Origin: an uncultured archaeon
Lineage (GTDB): Archaea > Asgardarchaeota > Thorarchaeia > Thorarchaeales > Thorarchaeaceae
Direction: 5' to 3'
Assembly: GCA_964458565.1 (NCBI GenBank)
Contig: CAYWJO010000021.1
Location: forward strand, 1-40,569
DNA length: 40,569 bases
Position 1 is the first letter of the stretch; the number at the start of each line of letters is the position of its first letter. Shown piece by piece: positions 17,578 to 26,561 of this stretch. The notes under the pieces were generated by a model. The model had not been told where the DNA came from, did no database searches, and saw only the letters and a list, made by a program, of their open reading frames with translations. The position numbers and the translations under genes are program-made.

Positions 17578-18615
17578 TTAGAATCGTTTTCTTCTCTTTG
17601 GATAGGAGCTATATTTTCTTCTAATCTCACTTGTCGCCCAATCACCGGTTACATCAATTGTTTCTAGAGACCTTAGAATATCAAACGTAATCCATCGTGA
17701 TGCTTCTGGATGCGGTTGATACTCCCAAATACCATATTCATTCCTCGAGTTCTCAATCCATTCAATTAAATCAATAACACGTTCATCTTCCTTGCTAGCT
17801 CCAATCCTCCCGCAGAGATCTAGTATAAGCGCCGGGTCAAATCTTGCATGATATGTTAGATGCCCTCGATGTTCTTCCACACCTACTAATCTAGCAATAT
17901 TGTATCCAAGATTTTTCCTATCTTTTGTTTCACGAGCTAAGAGTAAATCCAAAGCACGTTGAGCTGGTTTTGAAGTTCTTCTCTTTGGGTGAAATGCAAG
18001 ACAGGTAAGTGCCAAGGTCGTATTTGTTCTGCATCCCCACTTGGAGTGCGGCATTTTTCGATAACCCGCTTGATATCCGAAGACTTCACCAATCTTTCCA
18101 GTTGGCCATGCACCATCCTCAAGCCTCTGTTCTAAAAGCCAATCATACCCTCGTTCAGCTCTCTGGTCCTCTCCATGTCCAGCTGCTGCAATTCCCAGCA
18201 GAGGAATCGAAGTCTGTAATGGGGTCATCGTGTAACCGTTTCTCCTGTCTGAGATTCCATCATATGCCGAAGGCATTGCCCATGACCCATCCGGTGCCTG
18301 TTGAGAAAATAGATAATTGACACCTCTCTCTATACTTGGATGATGCTTCTCTAATCCCATATACGATAATCTCTGAAGTGCGAATGACGTAGTTCTAGTT
18401 GTGGGTCCCTGCGTTATTCCAGCTCTATCGATTTCCGTCCATGAGCCATCTTTATTCTGTGATGTTAATAATCCTGTAAGTAATCTATCTTCATCTTTTA
18501 GATTCTTAAGTTCGATAAGTTCTTCATCTTTTGATTTGCGCTTGAGAAGGTCCCTCAATACAAGATATCTGAGAGCTGGTGATCTATCAGCCAGTAATAG
18601 GGGTATCCATGTCAT
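17578..18615 (-). CDS. Prenyltransferase/squalene-cyclase-like alpha/alpha-barrel (QW-repeat) protein
   Basis: Repeats SQNKDGSW, QQAPDGSW, QRLEDGAW and SRNEYGIW; no DxDD motif. Its start overlaps the upstream stop (ATGA, 18612-18615). Confidence 0.75.
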   Translation of the reverse strand: MTWIPLLLADRSPALRYLVLRDLLKRKSKDEELIELKNLKDEDRLLTGLLTSQNKDGSWTEIDRAGITQGPTTRTTSFALQRLSYMGLEKHHPSIERGVNYLFSQQAPDGSWAMPSAYDGISDRRNGYTMTPLQTSIPLLGIAAAGHGEDQRAERGYDWLLEQRLEDGAWPTGKIGEVFGYQAGYRKMPHSKWGCRTNTTLALTCLAFHPKRRTSKPAQRALDLLLARETKDRKNLGYNIARLVGVEEHRGHLTYHARFDPALILDLCGRIGASKEDERVIDLIEWIENSRNEYGIWEYQPHPEASRWITFDILRSLETIDVTGDWATSEIRRKYSSYPKRRKRF

Positions 18616-21600
18616 TTATTCACCTCCAAGACTTCTCTGATGTAACTCGAAGTTGGCGAATTTGATTTTGCTATATCCTCTGGCGTTCCTGATGCGACTA
18701 ACTCTCCTCCTTCCGGACCTCCGCGTGGACCTAATTCAATGAGCCAATCGCAGGCAGCCAATATGTTTGTATGGTGTTCAATTACAACCACGCTATTACC
18801 AGCAGCGACTAGTTCGTGAAGTACACCAATCAATCTCTCTACATCTTCCAGATGTTGACCAACAGTAGGTTCGTCGAGAATATACAATGTTCCAGCGTCT
18901 GTTTTCTTCATGAGTTCTTGGGCTATCTTGAGTCGTTGAATCTCACCCCCAGATAGACTCACGCTGGGTTGTTTTAAAACAAGATAACCAAGTCCTACAT
19001 CAATAGCTGGCTTCAACCGTCTCGCAATTTCATCATCATATCCAAAGGTAGAGAATAGCTCTTCGAGAGTTAACTCATTCAATCTTGGGAAGGGTATTCC
19101 ATGGAGCTGAACCTCCCAGGATTCCTCTTTCCTCCCACTACCTTTACAAACCTCACATTCCGAATAGACATCAGGTAGAAATCCAAGCTCAGTTCTTGTT
19201 TGACCTGCTCCATTACAAACGTCACAGCTAGCCAGTAATTCTTTATCATTAATTTCGAGAGCATTAGCATCCTCTCCTTCAGCATAGAGTCTTGCAAGAG
19301 GTTTAAAGAGATCAAGAGCATTTCCAGGGTTTCTGATGCCTTTTCGACCTTGATCAAGAAGTACGACTCGGGTTGGAGCTCCCTTTATTGATTCATATTC
19401 ACCTGGGTCTACGGGGACATATGACACACTAGTAGAGAATTTAACAGGTGCTAGAGCTCTTCCTATAGTATCAAGCATGAGTGTACTCTTACCTGACCCA
19501 GATTTACCGCATATACCCACCAAGAGACCTAGAGGTATCTCAACAGTGATATCTTTGAGATTATTTTCTCGAGCTCCCTCAATAGTCATCCAGGCAATCG
19601 GTGTTCTTCGAGTTCTTGAAATCTCTGTGGTTCTCTTCCCACTGAGCCAATAACCAGTTATCGTTTCTGCTTTTTCAATCTCTTCAAGAGTTCCTTCTGC
19701 AACAATATGCCCTCCTTTGACTCCATGCAATGGTCCCATATCAACAATATAATCTGCTTTTTTGATTATGGATGGGTCGTGTTCCACAATAACAACGGTG
19801 TGTCCTTCGTTTCGTAATTCCTTAATTGCATCTACAAGATTATCAATCTCAGAAGGATGCATTCCACGACTTGGTTCATCGAGCAAGACTGTTAAAGCTG
19901 TAAGTCCACTTCCTAATAAAGATGCAAGAATTACCCTTTGAGCCTCTCCTGCTGAAAGCGTTGTAGATTGTCGTGCAAGATTCAAGTAGTTCAAACCGAC
20001 GTTGTTTAGAAATCTCAGCTTCTGCAAGAGAACCCTATAACTCTGTTCTGCCATACTATCTTGGAAATCTTTCTTTTTGTCTGAGAGTATATGTTCCAGT
20101 TTTTCTAAACCATACTGTTTTAATTCATGAATGGAGTGACCTACTAGTTTGATAGTTAATAGATGTGGTTTTAACCCTGAGCCATTGCATTCTGAACATA
20201 GTACTCTCTTGGTATAGGTACCACCGACATCCCAGTCCTTAACCCAATAATAGAATCCCGCCCACCTTCCTTTGCCTGTGACCTCTACACGTTCTCCTCG
20301 ACGCGTACCTAGGTAGGTAATTTCTAATGGGTCAGGATTTGGGTCTCCATAGAGGAATGCAGATTTCGCGTCTTCAGTTATATCATTCCAAATTGTAGTT
20401 CTTGAATCGAATCCATACCTTTCTCCAAGAGCATCTAGTGCTCCTGCAGCCCAGCTTGTTGGTTGGCAGAAATAGCCTTTTGGGAAATAGCCTGGTGAAA
20501 ACATGGCACCTCCACAAATAGGCTTCTCACCGTCTATAATCAGTTTACTTGGAACAGGCTCTTGAAAATGCCCTACTCCACTGCATCTATTGCAGGCAGA
20601 TGTATAGGTTCTCGGAGAGAAGTCTCTTGGACGCAGTGGAGGATATCTCGTTTCACAGTTGGAGCAGACCCATCCATTGTTATTCTGCATCAGAGTTCCG
20701 CAATTGTCACACTCTCTTTCTCCAATTCTAGAGAAGAGAATAGAAAGATGATTGTCTATTTCCGTTGCAGTTCCGACGGTTGATCTTGTTGCATATACAG
20801 CCCACCAACCACTTCCGGGATGGCGGCGAGACGAAATTGCGATTGCTACTCCTAATCCAGTTACTGAATCAACTGGAGCTTCAGGTCCTTCACTTGTCCC
20901 TTGTCTTTCATAGAGTGAAAGTGACTCGTAATACCTTCGTTCTGCCTCTGCTTGGAGAACATCCCTTACTAACGAACTCTTTCCGCTCCCACTTAGACCT
21001 GTGACCACCGTGATTTTCCTTTTCGGTATGTCAACAGTAACTCCCCGTAGATTATTTGCTCGTGCATTTTTAATCGATATCGATTCAGATGCTATTCGGC
21101 TGAGACTTTTGCTTTCATTGGGGTTCAACTTCTCCTCTGCTAGAAGTGCTTTCGATGTTAACGAGGGGTTCTCTTTCAAGAGTCCATTCAAAGGACCTTG
21201 ATAGATTGCTTCGCCCCCTTCAGGCCCACCTCCTGGACCAAGATCGACGATCCAATGGGCACTTCTAATCATATCGGAATTATGTTCAACTATTACTATT
21301 GTTGCATTAGAGTCTACAAGGTTATGGAGTACTGATAGCAAACCATCCAGATCTGCAGGATGCAAACCTGTACTTGGCTCATCTAAAATCAATAGACTGC
21401 TCTGGAGGTTTCTCTTGCCAAGGTATTTTGCTAGTTTAACTCGTTGGCTTTCACCTCCAGATAGACTTGGGGAAGGTTGACCAAGTTTGACATAACCCAA
21501 GCCAATTGTTACAAGTGCATCAAGTATCATTGTCGCTGATTTCTTCTTAGTTCCATTTAGCCTGCTTTCATTGTTAATCAATCTATTTACATCTTCGATG

Positions 21601-23501
21601 GATTGGTCATAGATATCTGCGATTGAAAATTCCTTACTACCAAACCTGATTCTTGCTTCTAGGACTTCTTCATTGAATCGTTTTCCATCACATTCATCAC
21701 ATTTTATCCAGAGGGATGGAAGATATTTCATCTTGACCTCTACAGCCCCCATTCCATTGCATTTCTTGCACGCGCCTTCAGGTCGGTTGAAAGAAAAGTG
21801 TGACCCAGAAAGTCCCGTTTCACTTGCGTAGAGGTCTCTGATGATGTCTGACAGCTTTGTGTATGTTGCTGGATTGGATCTAGGATTTTTACCAATTGGA
21901 CGTTGGTCAACAAGCACTGGTTTGATATTCTGTGTTATTAACTTAGTACAACCTATTGGTTTCCCATCCTTTAGACTTGGCACTAGGATATGTTCTACAA
22001 GAGTACTCTTCCCTGAACCTGATGGACCTGTTATTACTGTCATTCGTCCTTTTGGGATCTTGATATCGATATCTCTTAGATTGTGTTTTTTGGCTCCAAT
22101 TATTTCGATAAAGTCTCTTGGTTCCTCTCTCTCAGGTTTAGATCTAACTCTCTCTTGCAGACTAAAATACTGGCCTGTAATCGTATCAGATTTCCAGAGT
22201 TCTGCTGGAGTCCCTGAAAATGTTATTTCTCCCCCTTTCTCGCCTGCTCCTGGTCCGATGTCTAGAACAGTGTCAGCATATGCAGCTGCAACCCGATCAT
22301 GCTCTACATAAATAACAGGTCCTTGAAGCTGCTTGAATGCAGGTAGGAATTTTTCAACGTCTGAAGGATGTTGGCCAATAGTTGGTTCATCTAATATGTG
22401 GACAATATCTTCAAGCTTACTCGTGAGTGAAATGGCAATTCTAACCCTCTGCGCTTCACCGCGTGACAAAGTAGGGGCGGATCGATTGAGCTGTAGATAA
22501 CCTAGACCAACTGAACTAAGTGCATCAAGTCGAATCATGATTTCTTTGCGTAAGCGTTCTGCAGTTTTAGGGAGCCTCTCATCTTTGAATAGTATTGGTA
22601 ACTCACTCACACTTAATTCTAGGAGTTGATCTATTCTATGATTTGCCCAATGAACACTTGAAGCGAGTGGATGCATTCCGGAATTATCACATTTGTCACA
22701 TCCCTTCCCCTTACAATCCTTACACTTCATTTGGAAGTACTTGGGTTCGAGTTCTTTTATCCAGATTCCACAATGTGGGCAAATATTGGTTCTTGAAATC
22801 TTCTGTGTGATATCTGTTCCTATTATTGAGTAAGTAGAACATCCCAAAGATGCACCAAATTCTATGGCCTCTCTAATCTCTCTGACCTTTGGCTTAAGGT
22901 AACTCCCTAATACGATTTCGATATCATGTGATTCTTTTTGATTAAGCTGAATTTTGGAACTTTCCATTCCATCTATGATGATTGATTTCTCACCAAATTC
23001 TTGTTTTAGTAGATCAATCAAAGTGCGGTGACTTCCCTTAGCACCATGTACCAAAGTAGCTGTTAGTTTGGTCTGTTTTGTTCTTGACGATTTCTTTACT
23101 AGATCAACAATCTCATCGTCCTGGAGGATCGTGATTCCTTCTCCACAATCAGGGCAATGTCTTATTCCAAATCTCGCGAAGAGTAATCTGAGAAAGGGAT
23201 GGATACCTGAAGATGATGCTAGAGTGGAGTTGGGATTTCTATTCAATAGATTCTGGTCCACTCCGATAGTGGGACCAATCCCTGTTACCGACCCAACGTT
23301 TGCTGGAATCATTCTGGAACTTGTTCGACCCGATCTAAACAGCTCGAGAAACTTTCGTCGTGCTTCATGATATAGTGTGTCAAAAACGAGGGAGGATTTA
23401 CCAGAACCTGAAATTCCTGTGATTACAGTTAGACCGTCTCCTATATCACAGTCTATTGACTTGAGATTGTTCTCACTGGCTCCACGTATCTTGATATTCA
23501 T
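18612..23501 (-). CDS. uvrA: Double-length UvrA-family ABC ATPase (four nucleotide-binding domains)
   Basis: Four Walker A motifs (GISGSGKS, GPSGSGKS, GLSGSGKS, GKSGSGKS), four signatures (LSRGE, LSGGE, LSAGE, LSGGE), four LDEP Walker B motifs, (N/H)NL starts and multiple CxxC pairs. Confidence 0.9.
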   Translation of the reverse strand: MNIKIRGASENNLKSIDCDIGDGLTVITGISGSGKSSLVFDTLYHEARRKFLELFRSGRTSSRMIPANVGSVTGIGPTIGVDQNLLNRNPNSTLASSSGIHPFLRLLFARFGIRHCPDCGEGITILQDDEIVDLVKKSSRTKQTKLTATLVHGAKGSHRTLIDLLKQEFGEKSIIIDGMESSKIQLNQKESHDIEIVLGSYLKPKVREIREAIEFGASLGCSTYSIIGTDITQKISRTNICPHCGIWIKELEPKYFQMKCKDCKGKGCDKCDNSGMHPLASSVHWANHRIDQLLELSVSELPILFKDERLPKTAERLRKEIMIRLDALSSVGLGYLQLNRSAPTLSRGEAQRVRIAISLTSKLEDIVHILDEPTIGQHPSDVEKFLPAFKQLQGPVIYVEHDRVAAAYADTVLDIGPGAGEKGGEITFSGTPAELWKSDTITGQYFSLQERVRSKPEREEPRDFIEIIGAKKHNLRDIDIKIPKGRMTVITGPSGSGKSTLVEHILVPSLKDGKPIGCTKLITQNIKPVLVDQRPIGKNPRSNPATYTKLSDIIRDLYASETGLSGSHFSFNRPEGACKKCNGMGAVEVKMKYLPSLWIKCDECDGKRFNEEVLEARIRFGSKEFSIADIYDQSIEDVNRLINNESRLNGTKKKSATMILDALVTIGLGYVKLGQPSPSLSGGESQRVKLAKYLGKRNLQSSLLILDEPSTGLHPADLDGLLSVLHNLVDSNATIVIVEHNSDMIRSAHWIVDLGPGGGPEGGEAIYQGPLNGLLKENPSLTSKALLAEEKLNPNESKSLSRIASESISIKNARANNLRGVTVDIPKRKITVVTGLSGSGKSSLVRDVLQAEAERRYYESLSLYERQGTSEGPEAPVDSVTGLGVAIAISSRRHPGSGWWAVYATRSTVGTATEIDNHLSILFSRIGERECDNCGTLMQNNNGWVCSNCETRYPPLRPRDFSPRTYTSACNRCSGVGHFQEPVPSKLIIDGEKPICGGAMFSPGYFPKGYFCQPTSWAAGALDALGERYGFDSRTTIWNDITEDAKSAFLYGDPNPDPLEITYLGTRRGERVEVTGKGRWAGFYYWVKDWDVGGTYTKRVLCSECNGSGLKPHLLTIKLVGHSIHELKQYGLEKLEHILSDKKKDFQDSMAEQSYRVLLQKLRFLNNVGLNYLNLARQSTTLSAGEAQRVILASLLGSGLTALTVLLDEPSRGMHPSEIDNLVDAIKELRNEGHTVVIVEHDPSIIKKADYIVDMGPLHGVKGGHIVAEGTLEEIEKAETITGYWLSGKRTTEISRTRRTPIAWMTIEGARENNLKDITVEIPLGLLVGICGKSGSGKSTLMLDTIGRALAPVKFSTSVSYVPVDPGEYESIKGAPTRVVLLDQGRKGIRNPGNALDLFKPLARLYAEGEDANALEINDKELLASCDVCNGAGQTRTELGFLPDVYSECEVCKGSGRKEESWEVQLHGIPFPRLNELTLEELFSTFGYDDEIARRLKPAIDVGLGYLVLKQPSVSLSGGEIQRLKIAQELMKKTDAGTLYILDEPTVGQHLEDVERLIGVLHELVAAGNSVVVIEHHTNILAACDWLIELGPRGGPEGGELVASGTPEDIAKSNSPTSSYIREVLEVNK

Positions 23502-23703
23502 ACCTACTCGACAACACCTCGATTGAATGTCCCGAGAGATATATCAGTTTCTCATCAAATCCGAGTATAGCATTATCAGCCTTCAGGTATTATTTTGGTA
23601 TAGGGCTTTTTTTTGTAATATAGTATTTTGAAAGGAAAGCAGACCTGAGCATTGAAAGTTCCAAATAAGTAGAATGATATAGGCGCCTCCGAACTAATTA
23701 GGT

Positions 23704-24300
23704 ATGGATTCTGAAAGGTTCTTAAAACAGATTGCATTCATCACAGAGATTGATAGACTCAAGAAGGTTATACGTCAGACCTCTCTTACGGATGCATCAC
23801 GACGGGAAAATGTAGCTGAACACTCATGGCATATCGCTCTCATGGCAATACTTCTTGCTGAGTATGCAAACGAATCATCTATCAAAATAGGTATAGTTGT
23901 GAAGATGCTTCTTATTCATGACATCGTTGAGATTGACGCTGGGGACACTTTTCTCTACGACGATGAAAATACTGAACTAAAATCTGAGAAGGAACTAAAG
24001 GCAGCAAAACGGATTTTTAGCTTACTACCTCACGACCAAGCTGAAATCTATCTTGCACTGTGGGAGGAATTCGAAGCAGCCATATCTCCTGAGGCTAAAT
24101 TCGCGAAATCCATTGACGCCTTACAGCCAATACTACTTGCCTATCAGAATGAGGGTTGGTCATGGAAGAAACATAAGCTTGAGAAACAACGAGTATTAGA
24201 AAAGAAGGAGTCCATGAAGCATGGATCCCAAGAGCTATGGAAATATACTCAACAACTGCTGGACAAAGCTGAACAACTTGGATTTTTTGAACATGAATGA
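23704..24300 (+). CDS. HD domain phosphohydrolase (YfbR/HDDC2-like 5'-deoxynucleotidase family)
   Basis: ENVAEHSW, LIHDIVEIDAGD, LWEEFE and EAKFAKSID. Confidence 0.88.
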   Translation: MDSERFLKQIAFITEIDRLKKVIRQTSLTDASRRENVAEHSWHIALMAILLAEYANESSIKIGIVVKMLLIHDIVEIDAGDTFLYDDENTELKSEKELKAAKRIFSLLPHDQAEIYLALWEEFEAAISPEAKFAKSIDALQPILLAYQNEGWSWKKHKLEKQRVLEKKESMKHGSQELWKYTQQLLDKAEQLGFFEHE

Positions 24301-24421
24301 ATTATAGTCCCTTAATACCTCGAACATGGACATAATTCAAAATTGGTGATTGATATTGACATACGGTAGGTAGCTGTTACAATATTATGCGGATTGTGTT
24401 TCGAGCCCATTATTCTTTCAT

Positions 24422-24718
24422 TTATGTTCTTGCTTGTTCAGTGGATATATAATTCTGGGGGAAATGACGTATGCGATGCTCTACGTCTATTATATCTCTC
24501 ATCTCAGAATTTGAAAGTGGGGGATGCAATGTGAATGGTGTGGTGCCACGAGCCTTTAGTTCATGGTCTATTCTTGATAGATGAACATTGGCTGCGACTA
24601 TTGCATTCAAGAGAGAGATCCGCATAAGATTCAGCTCTGTTTCTGAATGGATCTTTAACCGCTGTGGTAAGATTACACTGAACGAATGCTTCCTTCCTAA
24701 TACCGTTCTTTGTGTCAT
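24422..24718 (-). CDS. Hypothetical protein (98 aa)
   Basis: ATG at 24718 preceded by an AGGTGA RBS, a TTTATAT TATA-like box at 24753-24759 and an adjacent palindrome. No family recognised. Confidence 0.55.
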   Translation of the reverse strand: MTQRTVLGRKHSFSVILPQRLKIHSETELNLMRISLLNAIVAANVHLSRIDHELKARGTTPFTLHPPLSNSEMRDIIDVEHRIRHFPQNYISTEQART

Positions 24719-24760
24719 ATCAATCACCTAAGCTATATATGCACACAAAGCAATATAAAG

Positions 24761-24780
24761 ATGTTGCATTTATGCAACAT
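24761..24780. promoter_or_regulatory. Perfect palindromic operator ATGTTGCAT-TT-ATGCAACAT
   Basis: 9-2-9 inverted repeat immediately upstream of the TATA-like box of the 98-aa ORF. Confidence 0.7.
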
Positions 24781-24815
24781 TTGTTTAAATATAAAATCAA
24801 ACGTTTCCAAGTTGT

Positions 24816-25313
24816 TCAGATTGGTTCAAATACGAACGTACAGTTTTTGTCTCCCTTTGCTTGACAATAAATCTCTTCACACGATAAGCGTGTACCACAA
24901 GATTCCCAGAATACGCCAACAAAGAATCCTGCAAGGAAATGACATACAGGATTCTCTGATTTCCCATATGTTTCTGCAATGAACGATCTAGTGATTGTAA
25001 GATTTGCTACACATACACCATGACTCCTTACTGAATCTAAATCGAACCATCCCACACCTTGAGGTCCATAGAACTCTCCCCATTTAGTGATGAACTTCAT
25101 TTCTCTTTCTTCCCACTCACTTAGAAGTGCTTGAGTCGAACTTTTACCTGCTTCTATCCCTGCCTCGTAGATTAGAGCATCAGAACCTTCACCAACATCA
25201 GATTCTATAGTTTTCTGAATATTGGCAAAAGTTTCTGCACGAATTATTATCATGCGATGATTTTTCATGGCCCATAACGAATGCTCCAGAAATTTCTCAT
25301 TCTTCTCTGACAT
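24816..25313 (-). CDS. V4R domain protein
   Basis: YEAG..AG, G.GWF, PVCHFLAGFFVG and EEIYCQAKGDKNCTF. Confidence 0.88.
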   Translation of the reverse strand: MSEKNEKFLEHSLWAMKNHRMIIIRAETFANIQKTIESDVGEGSDALIYEAGIEAGKSSTQALLSEWEEREMKFITKWGEFYGPQGVGWFDLDSVRSHGVCVANLTITRSFIAETYGKSENPVCHFLAGFFVGVFWESCGTRLSCEEIYCQAKGDKNCTFVFEPI

Positions 25314-25318
25314 TGCTC

Positions 25319-25618
25319 CTATCTCCTCTTTCTTTTCCTCGTTTTCATGTTCAATGATGTAAGTTTCCCATAAAACTCTAGCAAGAGCTTGACTAAATCA
25401 TTATCAGTATTCAGACTATACACATGTGTAACTTTTCCAATCTTATCTTGAGTCACCAGATTCATACCAACCAGAGTTGGAATTGTACGTGTTACACTTC
25501 CTGGGTTTTTGTCGATTCGTCTAGCAATCTCTCTAAGGTTCAAAAGGGTGTCCGGATTCTCCATGAAGAGGTCCAGCACTAAAAGTTGTATTGATGGACC
25601 AAATAGCTCATTAAACAT
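25319..25618 (-). CDS. Winged helix-turn-helix transcriptional regulator
   Basis: LNLREIARRIDKNPGSVTRTIPTLV...IGK...YSLN; ends 5 nt before the V4R gene. Confidence 0.85.
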   Translation of the reverse strand: MFNELFGPSIQLLVLDLFMENPDTLLNLREIARRIDKNPGSVTRTIPTLVGMNLVTQDKIGKVTHVYSLNTDNDLVKLLLEFYGKLTSLNMKTRKRKRR

Positions 25619-25652
25619 TGAGATTCTAAATTATCCTCCCTATATGAATCAT

Positions 25653-25672
25653 TTGTTGCAAATACGAAACAA
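25653..25672. promoter_or_regulatory. Imperfect second copy of the palindromic operator upstream of the wHTH gene
   Basis: TTGTTGCAAATACGAAACAA is 14/20 identical to 24761-24780 with the same spacing. Confidence 0.55.
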
Positions 25673-25898
25673 GCACTATCTAATTATTCTGCTTTCAATG
25701 AATTTTATGATTGTGCATTTTTTTTCATCTTCTATTGAAGGAGATGAATCTACCGATTTTAATTGTCTTCTGCTTTTATTAGTACAAAACCCAATAATAA
25801 TAAGTAGAAATGACTCTAAAACTTTAGATTTGCTCGTAAGGCATAATCTTTTGAGTTCGAAAACGATTCCATAGATACATTCGTGGGAGAATTTGTAA

Positions 25899-26489
25899 AT
25901 GCGTGACCAAGATGATGGTAGCAAAATCATGAAAGCCGTGCTCATTGGAGACGGTGCCGTTGGTAAAACAAGTATGCGCCGTAACTACTTGGGAGAGGAA
26001 TTCATAGAGGGTCATCTTGCAACTATTGGTGTAGATTTAGCAACAAAGAGAATCGTTTTTGGTGAGGACATCGTTAAATTTGTGCTCTGGGATCTAGCTG
26101 GCCAGCCCTCTTTCAAACAAGTACGAGGTCATTATTACCATGGATCCAATGGGATTATCTTGGTCTATTCTGTCATTGACCGTGATTCATTCGACAATGC
26201 ATCCAAATGGCTTGTTGAAGCGTTCAATAATCTCAAGAAACTTCCTCCAACGATTATTGTAGCTAACAAAATAGACCTTCGTGGAAGTCCGCTTTACACA
26301 CAGCAGGTAAGCCGAGAGGAAGGAGAGGAGTTTGCTACTATCTTCACAGAGCGACTTAATGTTCCTGCCATCTTTATGGAAACCTCAGCGAAGACGGGAG
26401 AAAATATACGGGATGCATTTTCAGCATTGCTCAAGATGATGGAAGAGGAGGACGCAAATCAGGACGAACCAGATATCTATCGTCCCTAA
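25899..26489 (+). CDS. Rab-like small GTPase (Ras superfamily)
   Basis: G1 GDGAVGKTS, G2 TIGVD, G3 WDLAGQ, G4 NKID and G5 ETSAK. RabF-like segments IGVDL, KFVLW, YYHGS and LVYSV. No C-terminal Cys motif. Confidence 0.92.
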   Translation: MRDQDDGSKIMKAVLIGDGAVGKTSMRRNYLGEEFIEGHLATIGVDLATKRIVFGEDIVKFVLWDLAGQPSFKQVRGHYYHGSNGIILVYSVIDRDSFDNASKWLVEAFNNLKKLPPTIIVANKIDLRGSPLYTQQVSREEGEEFATIFTERLNVPAIFMETSAKTGENIRDAFSALLKMMEEEDANQDEPDIYRP

Positions 26490-26561
26490 ATCCGCGTCAA
26501 CTTCATCTCGATTATTGTTACCATGTCAAATACCTTTTAAAGATAAATTTCACTATAGTTA

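Noticed and set aside
17578-18615. Rab geranylgeranyltransferase acting on the nearby Rab-like GTPase, or an active squalene-hopene cyclase
   Set aside because: The GTPase has no C-terminal Cys. The protein is a single barrel lacking DxDD, and I see no prenyltransferase beta-subunit Zn motif.
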